Assembly (NCBI GenBank): GCA_963719315.1
Contig: CAVRBU010000003.1
Span: 384,001-448,000, forward strand
Source: an uncultured Planctomycetota bacterium
Lineage (GTDB): Bacteria; Planctomycetota; Planctomycetia; Pirellulales; Lacipirellulaceae
Direction of reading: 5' to 3'
Length of the DNA: 64,000 nt
Shown: piece by piece, positions 10,275 to 19,224 of the stretch
Position numbering within the stretch: the first letter of the stretch is position 1
Layout: each line of letters opens with the position of its first letter
The notes under the pieces: model-generated
The model's input: the letters and a program-made list of their open reading frames with translations, nothing else
Told to the model about the DNA's origin: nothing
Database searches by the model: none
Made by a program: the position numbers and the translations under genes

Positions 10275-11237
10275 TCAGAACGATTTTTTGTCGAAAAACA
10301 GTTCTGCCCTGCTCAGTAGAAAACCTAGGTGTTGTCTGAGAATCGAGATGTTGTGAGTGAGTGTTTTGAGGAGCAGGAGTCGGCAGCGGCGCCAGTGGGT
10401 GCGGGCGTTGACGACTTCTCCCGAGAGACGTTTGATCATCGAGTAGACGGTTTCCACCTGCCAACGTTGTCCATAACGACTTTCGTGCAAATGACGTTTC
10501 ATCTGCTTTCGATAGCGGCCCACGGGTTCCCCGGCCGGCGGTCGGCCGTGCTCGGCGGGGATCAGGGACTGAATCCCCAGTTCGTCGCGGGCCAACACGT
10601 GGTTGGCTTCGCTGTCGAAGCCGGCGTCCGCCGCGACCGCCTTCACTCCGGTGCGAGCCTGCGCTTCGACGACGAGCGGGCGGAAATCGCCGAAGTCGGG
10701 CCGCGGTCCCTGGCTAGCCCGGGCCGCCAGGCAGAAATGACTCGTCGTGTCGCAGACCACGCCCAGCTTGGGGTAGCGGCGATAGGAGACGGCGCACGTT
10801 CGTCCGTGTTTTCCCACCTTTTTTCGACGCCAGGCATAGTAGCGACTGGTGTGCCGCGCTTCGAAGCCGCTGGTGTCGATGGCTGCCAATCGCACGGAGC
10901 GGCGGAGCAGCTTGGCCTTCCGTGCCCGCTGGACCGTGGCCGTGATCAGCCGTTGAAACGACTTCTTCACCAACAACCGATCGGCCGACTTTTGCAGCGT
11001 CGTGAAGTGGGGCACCTTTTCCAGGCCGATCGCTTCGCACAGCGAATCGCTGTCCGCCAACAGGCCAACGGTGCCCCGATAGGTCAGGTTGTAAAAATCC
11101 TTGAGCACCAGACAGGCAAACAGTTGATGCTGCGTGAAGACCCGTGGGCTGAACCGATGCGAGTACCGCGGCAGCGAAGCCTGGGCCACGGCCAGTGCCT
11201 CGACCAACACGCGCTTCGGACTCTTGCTCGTCTTCAT
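10275..11237 (-). CDS. DDE transposase
   Basis: FTQHQL, VPHFTTL, AIDTSG, ADAGFDS, RWQVETVYSMIKR; ORF reads through its own TIR. Confidence 0.92.
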   Translation of the reverse strand: MKTSKSPKRVLVEALAVAQASLPRYSHRFSPRVFTQHQLFACLVLKDFYNLTYRGTVGLLADSDSLCEAIGLEKVPHFTTLQKSADRLLVKKSFQRLITATVQRARKAKLLRRSVRLAAIDTSGFEARHTSRYYAWRRKKVGKHGRTCAVSYRRYPKLGVVCDTTSHFCLAARASQGPRPDFGDFRPLVVEAQARTGVKAVAADAGFDSEANHVLARDELGIQSLIPAEHGRPPAGEPVGRYRKQMKRHLHESRYGQRWQVETVYSMIKRLSGEVVNARTHWRRCRLLLLKTLTHNISILRQHLGFLLSRAELFFDKKSF

Positions 11238-11302
11238 CCACCGTCATACGAACCAACACACACCGATGTTTAGCTAGCATTCAGACGTTTTCTACTGAGC
11301 AG
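10309..11302 (-). mobile_element. Complete IS (IS5/IS4-like DDE), 994 bp
   Basis: 16-bp perfect TIRs CTGCTCAGTAGAAAAC (10309-10324 and 11287-11302); 7-bp TSD TTCTGCC (10302-10308 and 11303-11309). Confidence 0.92.
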
Positions 11303-11429
11303 TTCTGCCCCCTTTCTGACCCTAACATGCACTGCGACACCAGTTTTGGATGTTCCATTTACATATTGGTATATTGGCCCTTGGTTCCATGCAGATTAAT
11401 TCTCCACGCCGCTAGCGGCTTACCTACCG

Positions 11430-11726
11430 ATGTTGTTCGCACGGATTGACCCTCGTTATTCGACATATTTGCGCATGAATTTTGCGCTAATGTGTTTGAT
11501 GCTGTTGATTGTCGCGTTATTAGACGCCGAAGAAGGCGATCAGTTATTCCTTCTTGTTGGCTTGCTTGGAATTAGCTTCGTCTATTTTGCTGTCGCGAGC
11601 AGATTGGTTCGCCGTGAGAACGTGGAAGTACCACGGGCCACGCTTGCGATCTTGAAGTGGTCATTTTCAGCAATGTTGTCTTTAGAAATCGGAATATATT
11701 TTGTCATTTTAATTTTGCGCAATTGA
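11430..11726 (+). CDS. Small membrane protein
   Basis: 98 aa, about 3 hydrophobic segments, AT-rich. Confidence 0.6.
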   Translation: MLFARIDPRYSTYLRMNFALMCLMLLIVALLDAEEGDQLFLLVGLLGISFVYFAVASRLVRRENVEVPRATLAILKWSFSAMLSLEIGIYFVILILRN

Positions 11727-11737
11727 GGGGCTTGCGT

Positions 11738-11950
11738 GTGATTCGCCATCCTCAAGCAAAGCCGACCCCATTCCAATACGCATGGAGCAATCGTATGGTC
11801 AGCATCAACCGTGAGTTGTTCAGCGACGACTTCAAAGGCGAAGCGACGGACCTGCAATCCAATCCCACCCGCTGGTACGATCCAACGCTCGGCCGCTGGT
11901 TGATTGAAGACCCTGTTGGCTTCAGCGCCGACAATGCAAAGATTAAGTAA
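11738..11950 (+). CDS. Mini RHS-core-like ORF (copy 2)
   Basis: FQYAWSNRMVSINR...RWYDPTLGRWLIEDPVGF; paralog of 9599-9877; GAGGGG before GTG 11738. Confidence 0.6.
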   Translation: MIRHPQAKPTPFQYAWSNRMVSINRELFSDDFKGEATDLQSNPTRWYDPTLGRWLIEDPVGFSADNAKIK

Positions 11951-11990
11951 AGGGGACGGGAGTCATTGTTACATGATTTGACTCCCGTCC
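11949..11990. repeat. Cassette-delimiting palindrome interrupted by an IS end
   Basis: GGACGGGAGTCA-N13-TGACTCCCGTCC (12-bp perfect). Confidence 0.8.
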
Positions 11991-12460
11991 GGCTCTGTAG
12001 AAAACATGCCTAGCTAGCTAAACATCCGTGCACCACAACTGCGTACAGCAGTTGTGGCGGTAACCAGTTAATCTCCGAAGGCGGTGGTGTTGGCCGCGTT
12101 GGCGACGGCGCGGCGGGCGTTGCCGGAGTATGCGCACCGCTATAGTCCCAGGAAGTTCACGCAGCATCAGTTGTTCGCCTGCCTGGTGCTGAAGAACTTT
12201 TTGCGGACCGACTACTGCGGCCTGGCGGCCCACCTGGAAGATCATCCGTCGCTGCTCGCCCTGTTGGAACTGAAGCAGGTTCCCCACTTCACCACGTTTC
12301 AGAAAGCAGCGCATCGCTTACTGCTCACAGCACCCGCGCGACAACTTCTGGAGTCCACCGTTCGCCTCCACCTGGGCCGGCGGAGACGGGTGAAGCGGGC
12401 GGCGATCGATTCGACGGGCCTCGAATGCAGTTGTGCCAGCGGCTACTTCGTCCGCCGCCC
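11990..12460 (+). mobile_element. Truncated related IS (left end plus transposase pseudogene)
   Basis: End CGGCTCTGTAGAAAAC..GCTAGCTAAACATC resembles the first IS; VAVTS*SPK (TAA 12069-12071), FTQHQL, AIDSTG; breaks off at about 12460. Confidence 0.85.
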
Positions 12461-12595
12461 AACGGATCGGGCACCGCGGCTGGCCTGCTCAGCAGCGCTA
12501 TACCCGAACCGGCGGCGTGGCTCATCCTGCTCACGGGGCTTGTGGCGATGCTCGTTGGTCGCCGCGGTGGTACGCCAGTTTGCCGTGACGAGTGA
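12461..12595 (+). pseudogene. Orphan PEP-CTERM tail
   Basis: Manual translation NGSGTAAGLLSSAIPEPAAWLILLTGLVAMLVGRRGG...*; no gene body upstream. Confidence 0.8.
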
Positions 12596-12744
12596 TGTCT
12601 GCTGTTCTCGCAGGCAGGAATCCTCTCGCAGAGCGAGTGGATTACACTCATCTTGGCCAACTACCGTCGCCGCTAATCGTGTGCTCGATTCACGGTTTTC
12701 TGGTATCATAAGGTTGGAGGCCGAGGCAGTCGCGGCGGCACTAC

Positions 12745-12870
12745 TGCTTTGTCACAGCTTGCTTTTGAGATTAGCCGCGGGGCGCTAGCCCCCGGTTGGA
12801 GCGGCACATACCGGGGGCTAGCGCCCTGCGGCTGATGCGCCCAACCCCAATTTTTAGCTGTGACAAAGCA
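12745..12870. mobile_element. MITE-like element with internal palindrome
   Basis: 15-bp perfect TIR TGCTTTGTCACAGCT; flanking CTAC direct repeat; inner inverted repeat 12770-12836. Confidence 0.7.
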
Positions 12871-12921
12871 CTACGTGCCTCTAATCTCTTCACAACGGAA
12901 CCCTTGCCGACAACGGAACAG

Positions 12922-14621
12922 ATGAAGCAGTGGCCGACATATCTCGTTAGCGCGGCCATTCTGCTGCTGATGGGCCTGAAGTCCGCGCTGGCCATTGACG
13001 GCGGCACGCTGCGCGTGAATCCGCGCAACGGCTGGCGGGCGTTCGAGGTCATTTCGGTCGGCGACAATCCGGCTGGAGATGGCTTCACCTGGGCAATGCC
13101 CGGCGTGTTCGACGGCGTTGGCGCCTGGTTGCCGGATGCCGCGACCTTGCGATTGGAGATCAATCACGAAGTCTCCGACGGCACGGTGAGCGAGGTGAAT
13201 CTCAATCTGGCCAACTTCCAAACCGCGATTCGCAATGTCATCGGCGGCGGTTCCACCGGCGGCGCGACGTTCGTCGAATCGGCCCGACAGGCGTATGGCC
13301 GTTGGAGCAACGACGGCGGTACAAACTGGATTACGACCGTCAACGTCTCCAATACGAGCTTTAGCAAGTATTGCTCCGGCCAGTCGTACCGGCCCGACAC
13401 GTTTGGCGCGGGCGCGGATTCGTGGACAACATCTACATCACGGGCGAAGAGTTCACCACGACCAACCGCTTGTTCGCCATCGACCTTGCGAACCGCGACT
13501 TTTATCGGCTCAGCGGCGTCGCCGGCAGCGCGAGCGGAGGAATCGGCGGCATGCCCTTCGATTCTTTTGAAAACGCGGCGCTGTTGGATACGGGCGAGAC
13601 CAATCATGTGGCGCTGCTGCTCTCGCCGGACGGCGGCTCGCAAATCATGCAGCTCTATATCGGCGAGAAGGGCAAGGACACTGCCGGGAACGCTTCGGGC
13701 AGCTTCCTGGCCCGCAACGGATTGGCCTACGGCAGTTACTACTATTTGAACGATACGCTGCCCGCGAACGGCACATCGAGCGACGGGTTTTTCGACACGA
13801 CGACCGCGGGCGGCTTGTATTCCTATAAGTTGGAGGACGTCGATACCAATCCGAACAATCCGACGCAGGTCGCGCTGGGAGTTCAGGAGACGGGGTTGTT
13901 CACATTCGATTTCAATCTCGACTTCAGCGGGGGAAGCTTTAACGCCGCGGCGTCCGGTTTCTCGATCACTAAGATTCAGAATCACAACAACGATACCGAT
14001 GGATTGTTCGGCGACGCCGACAACGTCGATTGGACCGCGGCCACGACGCTGAATGGCGTGAGCTACCCGAACGGTCTGATTTTCGTCAATGAAGACAGCG
14101 GCACTTCCAACGGCGAGACGTGGATGATGTCGCCCAACGGCAGCGGGTTGACGAAGATCGCCGATACGGCGCCGACCGATGCGGCCACGACGGAAACATC
14201 CGGCATCCTCGATATCTCCACGCTCGTGGGCTTCAAACCCGGCAGCATTCTGGTGACCAGCAATCAGGGGACGGCGTCTTCGCTCAGCGTGCTGATCAAC
14301 CCCTATGCGGCGCTGCGGGGCGATTTCAACGGCGACGGCATCGTGGACGGCGCCGACTACGTGGCGTGGCGCAAAGATCTCGGAACGACATACATGCAAG
14401 ATGATTTCGACATCTGGCGGGAACAATTCAGTCTAACATCCGGCAGCGCGGCGGGGACGATCGTCGGCTCAGCGAATTACGCCGTGCCCGAGCCAGCGAT
14501 CACCAGCCTGTTAGCTGCGGCCGCGATGGTGGCTATGAGCGCCAGGAGAAATACAACATCGGGCCCCGGCGGTCCTTTTTTGGCGAACCGGGCTCATGCT
14601 TGGCTGGCATGGCAAGCCTAA
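12922..14621 (+). CDS. Secreted PEP-CTERM protein, possibly PhoX/DUF839-like phosphatase (frameshift at about 13412)
   Basis: Signal peptide; FSKYCSG...GRGFVDNIYITGEE joined across a 1-nt deletion; FENA, DNVD, IFVNED; GDFNGDG module; VPEP. Confidence 0.6.
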
Positions 14622-14731
14622 TGTGGTGGAGAAATTGGGTAAGAGGGTTCAAATTTGCGGTCGAGTTGTGTACGATACGAATGTTTTCCAAAAGGGTCTG
14701 ATGAGTAGCACAATGTAGTAAGGGATGTCTA

Positions 14732-15502
14732 ATGGCTGCACGACGATTGACGACCTTAATGCTGGGTACTGGCTTGGCACTCTTGATGGCGGGTGGAACG
14801 GTCAAGGCCGGAACGTTTCCCGTCTTCACGAATTCTTTCGACACCGTCGTTGGAATCTCGTTCTCGATTGGCGGCGGCCCCGATCTGACCGGTTATTACG
14901 TGGATGATCCCGACCCTCGCGTCGGCAGCGTCAACGCGCAGGCGCTATTGAGGCAAGTAAAAATCTATGGATTCAAATTGCCCGTACTCGACGCTCCGAC
15001 AATCGCATCCGCGGAGTTGATCCTTTCTTCCGCCACGTTGAATAACCCCGACAATGCGTTCAATCTCGATCTGTACGGCCTCAACACTTCCAATCCGGAC
15101 GTTACGGGTACAACGCTTTTCTTTCAAGGCGACGACGATTTCAGTCAACAGAAGTTGGCCGACCCATACGTAATGGGCAGTGGCTTCGGCCCGACCGCCG
15201 GTCCTCACATCGCGGACGCCACCGCGTTCATTCAAGGACTGTACTCGGGCACGACGCCGACGCAATCGGAAGCGTTTTTCCGGCTGAATCCCGACACGGC
15301 GTTCTTTGTGTCGCCGCCCAATGTCAATGAATTCATTAGCGCGGATTTCTTAGTAAATGGTTTCTTATTGATTACCACGATACCGGAGCCCGCATCGGTA
15401 CTGCTCCTACTTCCAGCCGTCCTAATCGCTCCGTTGGTTGGGCGCCGTCGCTCGATGGCGACCATCTTGCCGGATTCGATCCTCTGCCCGGTGAGGTGTT
15501 GA
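14732..15502 (+). CDS. PEP-CTERM protein
   Basis: Signal peptide; IPEPASVLLLL...GRRR. Confidence 0.8.
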   Translation: MAARRLTTLMLGTGLALLMAGGTVKAGTFPVFTNSFDTVVGISFSIGGGPDLTGYYVDDPDPRVGSVNAQALLRQVKIYGFKLPVLDAPTIASAELILSSATLNNPDNAFNLDLYGLNTSNPDVTGTTLFFQGDDDFSQQKLADPYVMGSGFGPTAGPHIADATAFIQGLYSGTTPTQSEAFFRLNPDTAFFVSPPNVNEFISADFLVNGFLLITTIPEPASVLLLLPAVLIAPLVGRRRSMATILPDSILCPVRC

Positions 15503-15693
15503 CCCTCCTACATTTTCCGAGCGCGAGAAACTCGGTCCAAGATCGTCCGGCTCGCCCGGCATCCTATGTGGGGTTGATTTGGGCCATTTTTCGGGATGCG
15601 CAGATTCGGCTGCGCGTTTGTCGCTAGATTGGGCCGCGCGTTTCAGGCAGAGTGAAGGGTGAGCCGATCGAGGCGAAGCCACGCGAGAAACGC

Positions 15694-17364
15694 ATGATCC
15701 GACGCATTCTTACCGCTGCGACTTTCTGTACGCTCGCCATCGCCCTGACAACCGCGGCGCGCGGAGCGATCTCGCTCGATGCTAGTTTTGATTCTGGGTC
15801 GCTCATGTCGTACACGGTCAGCGGCAACACGATCAACCTGGTCGGGCGCAGCAATTTCTACGGCAATAACAAGTGGCGATGGCTGAGTTTCCAAGCCACC
15901 GACGTATTGAATATGCAGCCGACGTTTTCAATTCGCGGCGATTTGTTTGCCGGCGACAGCACGCCGGGACCACATGAGCTGAGCGAACATGAAATGGTTT
16001 ATTCGTACGACAACGTGAACTGGTCTTTCTTTGATAATAACGCATTGACGCCAACGCCCACGGATCCGAGAGGCTCACTACCTTCGCCAACGCAGTTCAA
16101 TTTTTCGAACAACACTCCATTCACACAAAACGAAGTGTATATCGCCTACGCGTTGCCGTACCCCTACAGCAAAATGGCTTCGCACACGCAAACCGTGTTA
16201 GCCTCGCCTTGGGCAGCGCCGACCGCATCGGGCAACGCCAGTGGAATTATCGGCCAGTCACCGGCCGGCACCGATGACTTGGGGCGAGCCGTTCCACCGC
16301 TCAACATGTACGCCTATCGAATTACCAATCCGGCGACCGACTCGCCCACGATCGAGAAGCGGAAGATCATGATTTCGACCGGGCTGCACGCCGGCGAGAC
16401 GTTGGGCAACTACACGTTCGAGGGCCTCGTCAACTGGCTGATTTCGGCTGACCCCCGCGCTGGCCGGTTGCGCGATGTGGCCGAAGTCCTTTGTTATCCG
16501 GAGCTCAACCCGGCCGGCCGATTTGCGGGAAACAGCCGAAGCACGGTGAGCAATTCCACAATCGATCCCAACGGTTTGTGGGACCCGACGCGCTGGCAGA
16601 ACAACAATAGTTCGAGCGTGAAATGTCCGGGAACGACGGCCTGCCAGGACATTCGCGTATCGGGGACGGCGATGTTGGCCGACGTTCAGTCCACGCCGGG
16701 TTTTCTGGATGCGTTCATCGATTTTCATTCGACTGTTCCCGACTACACGATCGACCCCGCCTCGGACGAAGCCCATAACGTCTGGGGACGTCCGGACGAC
16801 TTTGCTTACATCAATCCAGAGGACGTCAACGCCGACTGGTTTTTGGCACTGCAGGCGCTGCAACCGAATTTGCTCCACTATCAATCGACCAGCGGCAGCT
16901 ACACGACGACGGGTTACGCCCGACGCATTCTCGATCAGCGAGCGGCCGGCGTCACGCCGCGAGTAGTCGAGATGACGCTCGAAACCGCGTTCTCGTGGGA
17001 GCGAAACATCGACTACTATCACGACTTGGGCCAAAAAGTCGGAATCGCGTTTTACGAGGCTTGGGTGCCGCAAGTGGACGGCGATTTCACGGGCGACGGC
17101 ATTGTGGACGGGCGAGATTATGTTCTGTGGCGCGAATCGGTGGGCCAAACGGGCCCCGGACTGCAGGCCGACGGCAACCACGATAACATGGTCGATGTGA
17201 ACGACTACGATCTGTGGCGAGCGCATTTCGGCCAAACGTCAGGCAGCGGCGCGGGCCAAACCGCTCTTAAGGCCGTGCCAGAGCCCAGTTCCTTGCTCAT
17301 TTCTTTGGCCATCGCGGCGATTCTCTCCCTCCGGCGGCTTGGCATGAAACGTGACAAAGCATGA
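15694..17364 (+). CDS. M14 zinc carboxypeptidase (CCP-like) with PEP-CTERM
   Basis: ASFDSGSL, WRWLSF, AYALPYPY, GLHAGE, LNPAG, FIDFHS, LETA; VPEP. Confidence 0.85.
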   Translation: MIRRILTAATFCTLAIALTTAARGAISLDASFDSGSLMSYTVSGNTINLVGRSNFYGNNKWRWLSFQATDVLNMQPTFSIRGDLFAGDSTPGPHELSEHEMVYSYDNVNWSFFDNNALTPTPTDPRGSLPSPTQFNFSNNTPFTQNEVYIAYALPYPYSKMASHTQTVLASPWAAPTASGNASGIIGQSPAGTDDLGRAVPPLNMYAYRITNPATDSPTIEKRKIMISTGLHAGETLGNYTFEGLVNWLISADPRAGRLRDVAEVLCYPELNPAGRFAGNSRSTVSNSTIDPNGLWDPTRWQNNNSSSVKCPGTTACQDIRVSGTAMLADVQSTPGFLDAFIDFHSTVPDYTIDPASDEAHNVWGRPDDFAYINPEDVNADWFLALQALQPNLLHYQSTSGSYTTTGYARRILDQRAAGVTPRVVEMTLETAFSWERNIDYYHDLGQKVGIAFYEAWVPQVDGDFTGDGIVDGRDYVLWRESVGQTGPGLQADGNHDNMVDVNDYDLWRAHFGQTSGSGAGQTALKAVPEPSSLLISLAIAAILSLRRLGMKRDKA

Positions 17365-19063
17365 TGGTCCGTTACTAGCGACTTGGTGCGCCTGGGCGAT
17401 GTTCGCCGCGCCTTTTGCGGCTGCCGCTACCAACGAGATTACCGAGCCATTCGAGGGCGTGCGGTTGATTCACAGCACATCCACCGTGCCGCGACTGGTG
17501 GATATGTATGTGGTCGAGATCGATCTGTCCGCGCCCGGATTGGCTTTTCTGACGAGTCCATCGAACGGGTCGCTGGTCGGCGATGTTACGCCGCAAACGA
17601 CGCGGGCTTTTGTCCAGCAAGTTGGCGCCCAGATTGGCGTGAATGCGTCGTTCTTCGCCTCGGCTGGCAGCGGGCAGTTCAACGCGCTGGGATTGTCGGT
17701 TTCGAACGGTGACGCCTACTCGCAATTCGAGCCTGGGTTCGTCGATGCGCTGAATGTTTCGCTCAGTAACGTGGCGACAATTATTCGCGCAACGAGCACT
17801 TCGGGAACCGCGCATCAACCTGCGTCCTCTCTCTACAACGCGGTCGGCGGAAATACGCGGCTGGTTACCAACGGCGCAAACGTCGCCAACGGCGATCCGG
17901 CAATTCACCCGCGCACCGCCGCCGGTGTCACGGCGAATGGAAAACTGTTGCTGTTCAATGTGGACGGGCGCAACCCCGACCACAGCAACGGCTTGACCTA
18001 TGGCGAGATGGCCGACGTTCTCATACGGTGGGGCGCCCGCGATGCCATCAATCTCGATGGCGGTGGATCGACCACGTTGGTGATCGACAATCCCCGGACG
18101 GCGGCGAATGACCCGCAAGTTACAAACATTCCGAGCGATTTGCTCCCGAACGGCCAGCACGGGTTGGAACGGGCCGTAGCCAATAGTTTCGCGGTCTTTG
18201 CGCGAGAGCCTGCTGGGCCGACGGAAAACGAGTTCGTTTACGCAGATTTTGAAAATGGCGACGCGAGCACCTTCAACGCCGCACTTTCCTATTCGGGGTC
18301 GAACCGCGGCTTCAATCGCGATTTGTCCACGGCCACGGTCGTAAGCGGACAAGGGCACGACGGCTCGTGGTCGCAACGTTTGACGATCATCGACGATCCG
18401 AGTTCCGATGGCGACGTCAACAATCCGGGCGGCGCCTGGTTTGTGCGGCACGTTTCGGGAGTCGGCGCTCCGGCCAACAACGTGAGCCGCCCGGCGGTAG
18501 GTTCCGTGGGATTCTGGGCCAGAACAACGGATCCCGATTTGCGTGTTTCGATCGTCGTGGATGACCCGAGTCTCGCTACCGGTGAGCGCGGGATCGCGCA
18601 GTGCATGCTCGCCGACGGTCAGTGGCATCCGTACTTTTGGAAAGTCGACGACGAGAATCAATGGGAAGGGTGGGTGAGCGGAGATGGCAAGGTCGACGCG
18701 AGCTTTACGCTCGACTCGATTCAAGTATTCGGTCCCCCGCTTGGAGGAGCGAACCTCAACGCGACAATCGATATCGATGCCGTGACACACATCATGCCCG
18801 GTTATTTGCCGGGCGATTTCAACGGCGACTTTGTTGTCGATGGTTCGGATTATGTGGTATGGCGAAAAGGACTGGGCACGACTTTTACGCAAAGTGATTA
18901 CGACGTTTGGCGCTCGCACGTCGGTCAGCGAGCAGAGGTTGGATTGGGCTCCGCGACGGCATTTACCCACGGCGATTCCGTGCCGGAGCCGGCCGCGGTT
19001 TTGCTGCTACTCGTGGGCGCGGGCGTCGCGTCGATGCGTTCGGGCCGCCTTCGCGCGCGGTAA
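17351..19063 (+). CDS. Phosphodiester glycosidase (NAGPA-like) with PEP-CTERM
   Basis: VNASFF, HPRTAAG, VDGR, AINLDGGGST; GDFNGD module; VPEP. Confidence 0.85.
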   Translation: MTKHDGPLLATWCAWAMFAAPFAAAATNEITEPFEGVRLIHSTSTVPRLVDMYVVEIDLSAPGLAFLTSPSNGSLVGDVTPQTTRAFVQQVGAQIGVNASFFASAGSGQFNALGLSVSNGDAYSQFEPGFVDALNVSLSNVATIIRATSTSGTAHQPASSLYNAVGGNTRLVTNGANVANGDPAIHPRTAAGVTANGKLLLFNVDGRNPDHSNGLTYGEMADVLIRWGARDAINLDGGGSTTLVIDNPRTAANDPQVTNIPSDLLPNGQHGLERAVANSFAVFAREPAGPTENEFVYADFENGDASTFNAALSYSGSNRGFNRDLSTATVVSGQGHDGSWSQRLTIIDDPSSDGDVNNPGGAWFVRHVSGVGAPANNVSRPAVGSVGFWARTTDPDLRVSIVVDDPSLATGERGIAQCMLADGQWHPYFWKVDDENQWEGWVSGDGKVDASFTLDSIQVFGPPLGGANLNATIDIDAVTHIMPGYLPGDFNGDFVVDGSDYVVWRKGLGTTFTQSDYDVWRSHVGQRAEVGLGSATAFTHGDSVPEPAAVLLLLVGAGVASMRSGRLRAR

Positions 19064-19224
19064 TCGCGGATTTCCTGATTCAACTATTTCTGTAGTCCTT
19101 CGGCGCTTACGAGTTGAAATAGTTTCCTTTTTGGCGATTTCTTGGTTGCCATCGCGGCCGCGGAAGGCGTATGCTATCGGTTACTTGAGGAAATGCCGCC
19201 GGCAAGATTCATTGGGGGTGACAC

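Noticed and set aside
9625..11940. DGR template/variable repeat pair (also considered for the R-M tails)
   Set aside because: Differences are not adenine-specific, include an indel and synonymous changes, and no reverse transcriptase is present
8709..11990. Integron cassette array
   Set aside because: No intI; the palindromes do not show recognisable RYYYAAC...GTTRRRY attC ends
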